Shown piece by piece: positions 49,658 through 58,200 of a DNA stretch of 64,000 nt; position 1 is the stretch's first letter, and the number at the start of each line of letters is the position of its first letter. The position numbers and the translations under genes were made by a program. The notes beneath the pieces are model-generated. The model had not been told where the DNA came from. It worked only from the letters and a program-made list of their open reading frames with translations, and ran no database searches. The stretch spans positions 1 through 64,000 of the IMG/VR virus record IMGVR_UViG_3300032242_002041. The stretch is one strand, 5' to 3'.

Positions 49658-49879
49658 TTACAGTGCAGGTGCCGCAGGAGGAGGTGCGTATTGCTTTTTA
49701 ACTTTTTTAAGTTTTTCTTTAAATTCGTAACTTCTTACATCGTTCATTTGACGTAACTTATTAAGCTGACGCAGAGTTAAGCGTGTTTTGCGGAGATTAC
49801 CCAAACGAGGCTGGCTATTATCTTGACTTAGGTCTTGATAAGAGTTGGGTTCGCGAGAGTAGATTTCGTTTAGGATCAT
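49658..49879 (-). CDS. Small head-assembly protein; start revised to 49879
   Basis: MILNEIY start 4 nt after TAAATA, with a basic RKTRLTLRQLNKLR segment. Confidence 0.65.
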   Translation of the reverse strand: MILNEIYSREPNSYQDLSQDNSQPRLGNLRKTRLTLRQLNKLRQMNDVRSYEFKEKLKKVKKQYAPPPAAPAL

Positions 49880-49886
49880 TGTGTAT

Positions 49887-51722
49887 TTATACTCCGGGTA
49901 CGCCGCCGGCAGGAGCTGTTGGAACAGCAGTTCCAGGAGCTGTAGTAGGAGCTCCGGGCATACCGCCTTCTGCACCCAGCATGCCGCCTGTGTCGGCGCC
50001 AGCTAGTTCTTCCCCAGTTTGAATATCACTTTCAAGTCCTGCAGGTGTAACGCCCACTGCACGTAGGTCCTGTCCTTGCGTAGTTTCTAATTCTGGTTCG
50101 TCGCGTTCTTCCATCCAAAGTGTTTCGTTTTCTACAATTTCTTCTTCGGTCAAGCCTAGGTAACGTTTCATCAGGAAGCGTTTGCTCATGTATGGCAGGG
50201 CTTCCACTTGTGAAAACGCTTGGATACGAGTAGTATCCAATTCACTCTGACGGTAACTTGCAAAGTTCTGTGGTTCGCAGAAGCTGATATTAAAGATCCC
50301 AGCGTCAATGTTAAAGCCTCTCCAACGCAAGAACATCTTGAATTCGTCGTCCAATTTCTGCATGATCAGCCGCTGTAGACGCATGCAATACTGGTTAAAA
50401 CGGTATTCTTGAATCAGTGCTGTGCCCACACGACCGTCACTCATGGCACGATCACTGTCGTCTGGACCGGTGGGCAAGTAGCTACTTGGCACACGTAGAC
50501 CACGTGCCATTTTGTTATTAAAGTACTTTAAATCATCAATTTCGCCAAGATTGCTACCGCCGGCCAGGGTAGTAACATCAGACCCTTTGCTGTCTGCACT
50601 CACCGGAAAGAAGTAGTCTTCGTTAATACTCAGTGGATTATAACTTGAATCCATCATATTTGCGCCACCGCCGGTGTTGGTAGGAATACGACGCTGATGC
50701 ATTTCATTCTTTACACGCTCAACAAACTGCATGGCCATATGGCTAGGCATATTGCCTACGTCAATTTTAAAGATTCTGCGCTCTGGAGCACGTTGTACAC
50801 GATAGATTAGGACAGCATCTTCCAGCAGTTCTTTTTGCTTGTAGACTTTAAAAATGTTTTCTAGTATACTCTGTCCAAAAGGCCAGAAAAAGTCAAGGCC
50901 TTCGTTGAGGCTTAGGTGCACCACGTGACGTGCATCTAAACAAGTTTCATTCATGGCCTGTGTAAAGCGACTGTTACCTGCTCCGCCCACTCCGCCGGCA
51001 CCACCACCGCCGCCTGCTCCGTTGGGTGCTGTATAGTTGGTTTGTCCCATTCCTCCAGTAGCACGACTTACATAGTAGTCGCTGGTAGTTTTTTGTGCCA
51101 CACTCATGTTTTGAAAGTTGGGATTAATATCGCGGATAACATACTGCTCAGGACGCTTGCCTTCGCTTTCGTTAACAATAACACGGGCCACTTTGACCAT
51201 GTCTACCCACATCATTTCAAATGTTTCTGGGTCACGTACAAATACTTGATCGCCATACTTGATTGTGTTGCGGAACAATTTGAATATGCGTTGATCTAAC
51301 TTGTTTAACTTGGTCCATTGCTGTAGTTGTTTTTTAACAATGTCTACTTCGTGATCTGTGGGTTTGTCAGTAAAATTAATATCAAACGGTGTACCGTTGT
51401 CTTGGTTGACTTGTGTTGAAAATTCAGCAATAATATCTAAACAGGCATTAACTTCGGAGTCCATGTCCATGTTTTCGTACTGATTATACCGCTCGATACG
51501 GTTAGGGTGCCCTGAATATACTTCAGGCAAACGGCTAGCATAGTTACGAAAGGCAAAATCGTTTGGTGTGCCGCCGGCAGCATAGCCTTGTCCGGTCTGG
51601 CGGGGATAGCCGTCTAACCCGAACTGGTTTTGTCCTGAAATTGGACTAAGTTGCCCGCCGGTACTAGCAACTTTAAAATATTTTTTCCAACCGCGTTTAC
51701 GGTTATTATCGTTATCTGCCAT
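49887..51722 (-). CDS. Portal protein (gp20-like)
   Basis: LLEDAVLIYRVQRAPERRIFKIDVGNMP, EDYFFP, LGEIDDLKYF and LRVPSS motifs. Confidence 0.97.
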   Translation of the reverse strand: MADNDNNRKRGWKKYFKVASTGGQLSPISGQNQFGLDGYPRQTGQGYAAGGTPNDFAFRNYASRLPEVYSGHPNRIERYNQYENMDMDSEVNACLDIIAEFSTQVNQDNGTPFDINFTDKPTDHEVDIVKKQLQQWTKLNKLDQRIFKLFRNTIKYGDQVFVRDPETFEMMWVDMVKVARVIVNESEGKRPEQYVIRDINPNFQNMSVAQKTTSDYYVSRATGGMGQTNYTAPNGAGGGGGAGGVGGAGNSRFTQAMNETCLDARHVVHLSLNEGLDFFWPFGQSILENIFKVYKQKELLEDAVLIYRVQRAPERRIFKIDVGNMPSHMAMQFVERVKNEMHQRRIPTNTGGGANMMDSSYNPLSINEDYFFPVSADSKGSDVTTLAGGSNLGEIDDLKYFNNKMARGLRVPSSYLPTGPDDSDRAMSDGRVGTALIQEYRFNQYCMRLQRLIMQKLDDEFKMFLRWRGFNIDAGIFNISFCEPQNFASYRQSELDTTRIQAFSQVEALPYMSKRFLMKRYLGLTEEEIVENETLWMEERDEPELETTQGQDLRAVGVTPAGLESDIQTGEELAGADTGGMLGAEGGMPGAPTTAPGTAVPTAPAGGVPGV

Positions 51723-51729
51723 GGTAGTA

Positions 51730-51735
51730 TATTTA
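51730..51735 (-). promoter_or_regulatory. Late promoter TAAATA (portal)
   Basis: CATAAATA 7 nt before the ATG. Confidence 0.7.
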
Positions 51736-51772
51736 TGGAGCTGTTAGATTGCGCAGACTAATTTACGCAGAT

Positions 51773-53971
51773 TTATCTAGCAGAGTTTTGCGCTTGCTTT
51801 TTGCTGTTATCATCAATGTTGGCTAATCGACGATCCATAGATTGTAGCGCACTGTTTAACGTACCTAAAATTTCTTCACTGTGATCTGTGCGACTAGCTT
51901 CTTGATTGGCTTTTGCTACTTCTTTTTCAGGTAAAGTGGCATTAGGTTTTATTGCGGCTAGCTTGTTGTCAAAACTGTTCTTGGGGCCTGCCAATAATTC
52001 TGATCGAGCATCCTGTGCGGTTGTTTTGGCTTGACCAGCCAATAATTCTGATCGAGCATCCTGTGCGGTTGTTTTGGCTTGACCAGCCAACAACTCTGCA
52101 TTGGCCATTCTGGCACCTGTTTCGGTGCCAGCCGACCGTTCGTATAATCTATCTACTAGTTGAGCAGCCTGGGCCGCTGTTTTAGCTTGACGTAATTGAT
52201 CGCCGGCTCGTTTTTCAGTATTTTTAAGTTCATAGTCAACAAACTTTAGTTGCTCTTCGAGCGTAGAGTCTTTTAATGTTTTGCCCATGACTCGTTCAAA
52301 ATTGGCCTGGCGATCTGGGTGCCACTGTGCAACTCCCTTGGCTTTGCCACCATCGCCCACAGCATTGATGTTTAAATTCTTTCCAGATTCTTGTTGTAGG
52401 TTCCCTACAATTCCAGCGGCTTGTTCTTTGGTCCAGCCGGCACTTTGAAAGAATTTCATTGCGGTGTCGGCATTTTGACTTGAGCCAGCCCCTTGCCCGC
52501 CAAACGTTTTAGCAGGGCCGCCACCTATGCCCTGGGTGGATGCTATATTTCCTGGTGCTACTCCAGCAATTTTGTTGGTTACTTTGGATAATGCTTCCAA
52601 TGATGTAGTAGCTGGGTTTACACCCATTGTAACAAAACTTTGTAGAGAATCTCTACTCTTCATCTGGTTAATACGCAGTTCAACCTGTGCTTTGGTGTTA
52701 GGATCTAGGCCTTTTTGTTGTAGCTCTTGTTGAGCCTTGGCCAAATCCTCTTGTTGTTTCATACTAACGTCGGTATTACGAGATAAGATTCGACTACGTG
52801 TTTCAGCATCGTAGACTGCGTCGTCCATTGCTCCGTTAAACTTGTACATGCTGGCCATGCCAGATTCGTCAAATTGTTTCATGCCGGCTGTTAGTTTATC
52901 CATTCCAGCGGCTGCTTTAAAGTTTTTATCTTGTGTGTACAGTGCAAATTCACTCATTCCCATGGTCATCATCTTGCCACTTGCACTAACATCTCCGCCA
53001 ATACTTCTCCAATAATCTTTTTGTAGTGCTGGAGAAGTTTTTAGCATATCAGACATTTTGATATATTCGTCGGCTAAATCTAGTGATGCTTGGTCTCCCT
53101 TTTTCCTTAGCTCGTAAATGGTTTGATTAAACGCATTTTCAGCCATGGCTTGATTTCTATTTTCTTGAAGGGCCTCTGCACTTTCGCCTGTGAGCTTGCT
53201 CATTAAATCTAACTGCTTGATATACTCAGCACTTCTGGCAGCTAGATTTTGTTGTATGTTTGTTGATGTTACTCCAGACATTTGCTGTTGTTTAACAAAC
53301 ATAGCTATACCACGATTTATATCATCGGGTGTTTTGCCCAACATCTGTAATGATTTACCTACATCACTACGTTGTATCTGTGAGGCTGCATCGGCAAATG
53401 CTCTGGTTCCGCTAGCAGCAGTGCCACCAAAAGATGCCAGTGCCGCACTGTTCTCTTTGATTATTGCAGTCATTTGGTCTAGTTGTTCAAAACCATAACC
53501 TAACTTCTGCATGTTGGCAGTAATTTCTGTCATGCCACCAGCAGCGGCTGCACCTGATTTACTTAAATCTTGATAGGCTTTAAATACCGCATCACTCTGC
53601 TTGTTTACTGTTTTAAGTCCTTCGGCAAATACGCCCACAACTTTGCTGGCTGCAAACAAGCCTGCTTTAAGCAAAGCAGATCCGGGAATAATAAGAAGAA
53701 GAGCTTCTAGTCCACCAGCAAGCGAATCTATGGCGCCGTTCATTGCCGACATGCCTTGCTCGCCCTTATACATGGCCTTGGTAAAGTCTACAACTCCTTT
53801 GCCCATTTTTGACTGGGCGTCGGCCATTGCTTTAGAGTAGCCTTTGAGACCTTTTTCGGCATCTTTCATGGCATTAGCCATTTCCTGAGTTATAGGAGTG
53901 CCAGATTTGATTGCGTTATTATACGCTTCAAATATGCCTTGGATTTCTTCCGGGGTGTATTGATCAGCCAT
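51773..53971 (-). CDS. Tape-measure/hub protein with C-terminal phage tail lysozyme domain; start revised to 53971
   Basis: Long Ala-rich helical region, then FFQSAGWTKEQAAGIVGNLQQES...GVAQW...LEEQLKFVDYEL...YER. Confidence 0.8.
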   Translation of the reverse strand: MADQYTPEEIQGIFEAYNNAIKSGTPITQEMANAMKDAEKGLKGYSKAMADAQSKMGKGVVDFTKAMYKGEQGMSAMNGAIDSLAGGLEALLLIIPGSALLKAGLFAASKVVGVFAEGLKTVNKQSDAVFKAYQDLSKSGAAAAGGMTEITANMQKLGYGFEQLDQMTAIIKENSAALASFGGTAASGTRAFADAASQIQRSDVGKSLQMLGKTPDDINRGIAMFVKQQQMSGVTSTNIQQNLAARSAEYIKQLDLMSKLTGESAEALQENRNQAMAENAFNQTIYELRKKGDQASLDLADEYIKMSDMLKTSPALQKDYWRSIGGDVSASGKMMTMGMSEFALYTQDKNFKAAAGMDKLTAGMKQFDESGMASMYKFNGAMDDAVYDAETRSRILSRNTDVSMKQQEDLAKAQQELQQKGLDPNTKAQVELRINQMKSRDSLQSFVTMGVNPATTSLEALSKVTNKIAGVAPGNIASTQGIGGGPAKTFGGQGAGSSQNADTAMKFFQSAGWTKEQAAGIVGNLQQESGKNLNINAVGDGGKAKGVAQWHPDRQANFERVMGKTLKDSTLEEQLKFVDYELKNTEKRAGDQLRQAKTAAQAAQLVDRLYERSAGTETGARMANAELLAGQAKTTAQDARSELLAGQAKTTAQDARSELLAGPKNSFDNKLAAIKPNATLPEKEVAKANQEASRTDHSEEILGTLNSALQSMDRRLANIDDNSKKQAQNSAR
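51990..52090. repeat. Exact 48-bp tandem duplication (GQAKTTAQDARSELLA x2)
   Basis: 51990-52037 is identical to 52038-52085. Confidence 0.9.
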
Positions 53972-53997
53972 AATTATATTTACCGAGGTAAGAAAAC

Positions 53998-54837
53998 ATG
54001 AATCTAAACAATCCACTTAAACAGTATTTTAGACAACCGGCAATCTACGTCCGACTGCCCAGTCAGGGTCAAAGTTACCCTGCAGGTGCTCTAACCATGC
54101 CACCAACAGGCGAATTACCAGTGTATCCAATGACTGCCATTGACGAAATTACCTATCGTACACCAGATGCGTTATACAATGGACAAGCCACAGTCAACGT
54201 AATACAAAGCTGTATTCCTGATATCAAAGATGCTTGGGCAGTTCCTTCTACCGACACCGATACCCTGTTAATAGCTATACGCATAGCCACCTACGGGCAT
54301 GATATGGATTTTGGCACTGTTTGTCCATCCTGTAGAAAAGAGTCAGAACAAACATTGGATTTGCGTAATGTCTTGGATTCTATGCGTCCAGCTGATTATA
54401 GTAAAACTGTACAGGCTGGCGATATGGAAATATTTTTCAAACCATTGAATTACAAGAATATCAATGACAACAACGCAATACAGTATGAAAATCAAAAACT
54501 CTTACAGATGTTGCCCGATACTGCTGTACCCGACGCTGAAAAAATGACAGCCTTGACTGCTGCTTTAAAAAGAATTACCGATATTACAGTAAGTGCAATT
54601 GGACAAAGTATTTCTGCAATAAAAACTCCACAGGCTTTGGTCAACGAGCCTGCTTTCATTGAAGAATTCTTAACAAATTGTGATCGAAAACTGTTTAATC
54701 AAATTCGTGATTTTATTATCAATCTCAAGGTTAATTCAGAAATGCAACCACTTAAGATAACATGCCCTGATTGTAATCACACATACGAACAAAGTATTAC
54801 ATTGGACATGTCCAGTTTTTTCGGGTCCGCCTCTTAG
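53998..54837 (+). CDS. Baseplate hub / tail assembly chaperone (gp26/gp51-like)
   Basis: LPSQG..YP, PMTAIDE, DTLLIAIRIATYG, two CxxC motifs and a C-terminal SFF. Confidence 0.8.
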   Translation: MNLNNPLKQYFRQPAIYVRLPSQGQSYPAGALTMPPTGELPVYPMTAIDEITYRTPDALYNGQATVNVIQSCIPDIKDAWAVPSTDTDTLLIAIRIATYGHDMDFGTVCPSCRKESEQTLDLRNVLDSMRPADYSKTVQAGDMEIFFKPLNYKNINDNNAIQYENQKLLQMLPDTAVPDAEKMTALTAALKRITDITVSAIGQSISAIKTPQALVNEPAFIEEFLTNCDRKLFNQIRDFIINLKVNSEMQPLKITCPDCNHTYEQSITLDMSSFFGSAS

Positions 54838-54863
54838 TCTCGACATCTGACCAGATTAGCAAG

Positions 54864-55052
54864 ATGGTTGATCAGATGGAAAAAGACACAGTTAATATCA
54901 GACGAGAGGCGTTGCAAATGGCCTGGTATATGCGTGGAGGATTGTCTTACGATCAAGCTCTGCAGCTCAGCGTCAGTGAGCGTACATTAATCAGCGAATT
55001 AATTAAAGAAAACTTAGACACCACCAAAAAATCAGGATTACCTTTTTTCTAA
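54864..55052 (+). CDS. Small hub-assembly ORF, probably also expressed as a -1 frameshift extension of 53998..54837
   Basis: WYMRGGLSY...LS..ER motif. The frame is open back to the T TTT TTC heptamer at 54816. Confidence 0.7.
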   Translation: MVDQMEKDTVNIRREALQMAWYMRGGLSYDQALQLSVSERTLISELIKENLDTTKKSGLPFF

Positions 55053-55558
55053 TGTTAGATCTAGCAACTGTAAAACAAGCGATAGAGCAGTGGATAGTAG
55101 ACTTCGTTGAAGTTCCACATCCAGCACTTGGTGGCTGGGCTCCTTGTCCGTATGCTCGTAAGGCTCGCCTTGAACAAGCCTATGAAGTAAGGTTGGGCAC
55201 AGACCCCTATGTTGACTTGCTGGAAATTTCTAAAACTGGCCTAAACGGTAAAAGTGTCATTGTCGTTGCTTATGATCCTGCACACTGGGAATACCGATAT
55301 TTTAGTGAAAGCCTAAAAGCTGCAAACATTGTGCATTTACTTGACCGTGACCTCCTGGCCTTGGAGGATCATCCTGGAGACCCAGAAATTGTCAACGGCG
55401 TTTCAATGAATCAAGGAACCTATGCCTTGGCCTTGGTCCAGAGTCTCAGTGACCTGAATGAAAAAGCCAAGGCCATGGCTCGCAAAGGATTTTATGCAAC
55501 GTGGCCAGAAGAATATTTACAAGCATTGTTTGAAAACCGCAAGGATCCTAGACTGTGA
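55052..55558 (+). CDS. DUF1415-like protein with PCPYA motif
   Basis: W...FVE.P...GGWAPCPYA and EDHP motifs. Confidence 0.5.
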   Translation: MLDLATVKQAIEQWIVDFVEVPHPALGGWAPCPYARKARLEQAYEVRLGTDPYVDLLEISKTGLNGKSVIVVAYDPAHWEYRYFSESLKAANIVHLLDRDLLALEDHPGDPEIVNGVSMNQGTYALALVQSLSDLNEKAKAMARKGFYATWPEEYLQALFENRKDPRL

Positions 55559-55989
55559 CTTATCAGTTTGCTAGAATACGATTAGCAGAAACTACCTACC
55601 AGGCCACAGTAGAATGGGAATATCTGCATGAGCCTAACATTGTACAGCTCAAAGACATTTACAGAACCTACTGCATCTATAAACACTTTGCTAGTGTTAT
55701 GCCATTATTTGATAGTCAGTTTACAGATCCTGATACAGATGTTGTTGGTTACAGAGAAGAAGGGCAACTAGTAGCGTTTAGTTTGATGAAACGCTACGAT
55801 GAGCAAAACGTTCTAGCCAGTCAGTTTGCATGGACCTATCATAATCCACGAACAAGACTAGGCATAGAAAGTTTAAAAACAGAGTGTGCTATCTATAGAG
55901 AACGCGGATTTAAGTTCTTGTACTTAGATCAAGCACATCTGTACAAGCAAGGCTTAGAAGGCTTTGAAATTTTAGGGACACTACAATAA
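55555..55989 (+). CDS. GNAT-fold protein resembling the arginyl-tRNA-protein transferase C-terminal domain
   Basis: YREEGQLVAFS...RLGIESLKTEC..YRERGFKFLYL...YK..L.GFE follows the ATE/Bpt C-terminal pattern. Confidence 0.6.
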   Translation: MTYQFARIRLAETTYQATVEWEYLHEPNIVQLKDIYRTYCIYKHFASVMPLFDSQFTDPDTDVVGYREEGQLVAFSLMKRYDEQNVLASQFAWTYHNPRTRLGIESLKTECAIYRERGFKFLYLDQAHLYKQGLEGFEILGTLQ

Positions 55990-56324
55990 TGGCAGATTTA
56001 TACACAATTTGGGCAAACAAAGAAGGCGACATCTCAGACCTAGACTGGACCAACGGAATGCGTAGCTTTTTTGATCACTTAGTTGCAGAAGGCAAAATGG
56101 AATCATACAGAATTACTCGTTGTAAAATGGGCTTCCGCAGTATTGCTGATATGCCTGAATGGATGATTTTAATGGAATTTAAAAATATGGCTCAAATGGA
56201 TGAGGCCTTTAAGAGAGTTGCTCCATTAGAAGGCGAACTCGAAGTGAAACATAAATCATTTAATCAGTTTGTTAGTGGAGACATTCAACATGCACTGTTT
56301 AGAGATTGGCCTGATCAATTCTAA
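55989..56324 (+). CDS. Small ferredoxin-like/dimeric alpha-beta barrel protein
   Basis: L.AEGK.ESYRITR.K.GF...PEW.I.MEF..MAQMD.AF pattern. Confidence 0.55.
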   Translation: MADLYTIWANKEGDISDLDWTNGMRSFFDHLVAEGKMESYRITRCKMGFRSIADMPEWMILMEFKNMAQMDEAFKRVAPLEGELEVKHKSFNQFVSGDIQHALFRDWPDQF

Positions 56325-56742
56325 ACGAACTTATATGAGATCTCTTAGAGATCTATGTCTTTCGTTACACTCAGACATGATTGTTTTTCTTTAGCATTAT
56401 CTAGATTACGCGGTCACAATTCACCGTATGCACGGTGAACTGACTTCTACATTATCTGAGTGTAGCTGTCATTTATCATAATGAGATTGTCTTACGACGC
56501 GGAGGCGGTTGACCGGTACCCCCTACTCAAGCTTCACATATCAACGGAACCCTAGTGACCCGACGATAAATCCAAGTCCTACGAGCATGGGTCGTATCTT
56601 TTTCAACGGAGCCCAAACCATTTGTTGCCTTAAGTTAGCAATTGCCTTTCACACGCAAGCCATTCTGGACCGGGTATTGCACCGTTCCTCCTTGCGAGTC
56701 GAGCATCCTCGACCAAACAGAGTGTGTTGTTGCCTGTCTAGT
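56325..56742 (-). ncRNA. Candidate large structured non-coding RNA downstream of the GIY-YIG gene
   Basis: About 10 nested or adjacent stems, a GNRA (GUAA) loop and several G-U pairs that work on the minus strand only. No credible ORF. Confidence 0.6.
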
Positions 56743-57171
56743 TTAAATTTTGTTTTTTATGTGACTTCCATGTATACGGCACACAATTTGTCCGTTATAA
56801 TAGTCGTCTGATTCTAATACTCTATGATTAAATTGTTCTCTGGCTTCAATATAACTACATTCTGCTTTTGATTTACAATAAAATAATATTTCTCTTGTAA
56901 AGTTGTCGGCGCCCTGCGCTAGAATATCTTGGTTGAGTTGATCGTTGCTTCCATAGTATAGTTGCCAGTCTGAGTCTATTTTGCTTTTTATTTTCTTACG
57001 TTTTTTGTTGCCGTTTTTTAATTTTACTACCTTGTATGAGGTTTTACTAAATTTTGCTAATTTTTTTCCAATATATTTTCTGCCAGTTATGTTATTTGTA
57101 ATCAAATAAACAAAGCCGACACAGTCTTCGGGTAGTGTTTCAATTTGTGTGTTTTCGTAAAGCCATACCAT
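56743..57171 (-). CDS. Minimal GIY-YIG nuclease
   Basis: GFVYLITN...KYIGKK, YYGS, FTREIL and YIEAREQF...YYNG motifs, plus a Lys-rich insertion. Confidence 0.85.
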   Translation of the reverse strand: MVWLYENTQIETLPEDCVGFVYLITNNITGRKYIGKKLAKFSKTSYKVVKLKNGNKKRKKIKSKIDSDWQLYYGSNDQLNQDILAQGADNFTREILFYCKSKAECSYIEAREQFNHRVLESDDYYNGQIVCRIHGSHIKNKI

Positions 57172-57189
57172 GGACTTATAGTTATCATA

Positions 57190-58200
57190 TCACCACTCGG
57201 TTGCATATTTTTCATCCACTTTCGTATCAGAACACTTGGTTTGACATTCTTGCCAACGAAATGTTTTTAATTCTGCTGTCCAAAACGGATCAGCTATTAC
57301 ATCTAATAAGGTTCTAGTATGTAGATCAAACTGTTCAGCCAGAGTTTGCCACTCACTGTTGTGCCCGTATCGGTTGGCTACCCAGCAACAAGGAAACAAT
57401 CTACCACGAGCGTCTATGTACAAGCCCTTGTTACCAATTTCACACAAAGGTTTAACGCCGTTGATCTCAGTCGCCGACTTGTACAATTGTATATTTTTTT
57501 CGTTTACACGATTGTTAATGCCACGTGAGCTTAACAGTATAACATCTCTTTCAAATCTATGCGACCCGCTGACAAACTTACGACTAGGTTCCAACGGATC
57601 ATCAATGCCGTAACTGGGATAAACACTGCCAAATTTGGTAGAACGTGTAAGTTGAAATGCATCCATGCCCAGTTTCGTTGCTAAAGATTTCATATAGTCA
57701 ACGTGATCTTCGTTGAACTTAAAGGCTATAGCGGCCCACACCAATCGACACTTGCTTACGGCTCTTAGAGTTTCAATTCCCAGCACGATTGATACAAAAT
57801 CACTGTTTACACGATATAGATTATTACTGGCGTTATCGTAACCGTCTACGCTAAAATGCACTGTGTCTTGATCTGTTAACACAGAGCCTAGCCCTTGCCA
57901 CCATTCAGGCTTCTTGTGTGAACCATTGGTAACAATAACTATCTGCACAGGTTTAATGCGTTTGATATACTCAATTACAGGAATAAGATCGTGTGCATAT
58001 ATAGGGTCGCCATCATCGCCACAGAATGTAATTTTCTCAACATTTTTTAATATAAAATCTTCTGTAAAGTTACGTTTAAAGAACGCTAAATCTAATTCAG
58101 TATTAACTAACCCATTGGGAACTTCCTGCCGGGCGCACCGAGGGCACCGTAAGGTACACTTACTGCTGATCTCAATATGGAAGTGCCAAGTTGCTAACAT
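57190..58200 (-). CDS. Radical SAM enzyme with C-terminal SPASM/twitch domain
   Basis: CTLRCPRC, FCGDDGDP, TNGS, FSVDG and C-terminal C...PCCW...CQTKC. Confidence 0.92.
   Translation of the reverse strand: MLATWHFHIEISSKCTLRCPRCARQEVPNGLVNTELDLAFFKRNFTEDFILKNVEKITFCGDDGDPIYAHDLIPVIEYIKRIKPVQIVIVTNGSHKKPEWWQGLGSVLTDQDTVHFSVDGYDNASNNLYRVNSDFVSIVLGIETLRAVSKCRLVWAAIAFKFNEDHVDYMKSLATKLGMDAFQLTRSTKFGSVYPSYGIDDPLEPSRKFVSGSHRFERDVILLSSRGINNRVNEKNIQLYKSATEINGVKPLCEIGNKGLYIDARGRLFPCCWVANRYGHNSEWQTLAEQFDLHTRTLLDVIADPFWTAELKTFRWQECQTKCSDTKVDEKYATEW

Noticed and set aside
56325-56742. RNase P RNA, tmRNA or group I/II intron identity for the structured region
   Set aside because: There are only faint echoes (GAGGAA...GUCC, GCUUGAG). 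I found no P4 3' consensus, tRNA-like ends, P7 or domain V motif, and no interrupted gene.
56509-56811. 100-aa plus-strand ORF
   Set aside because: TTG start without an RBS, no recognisable motifs, and it overlaps both the structured RNA and the GIY-YIG gene.
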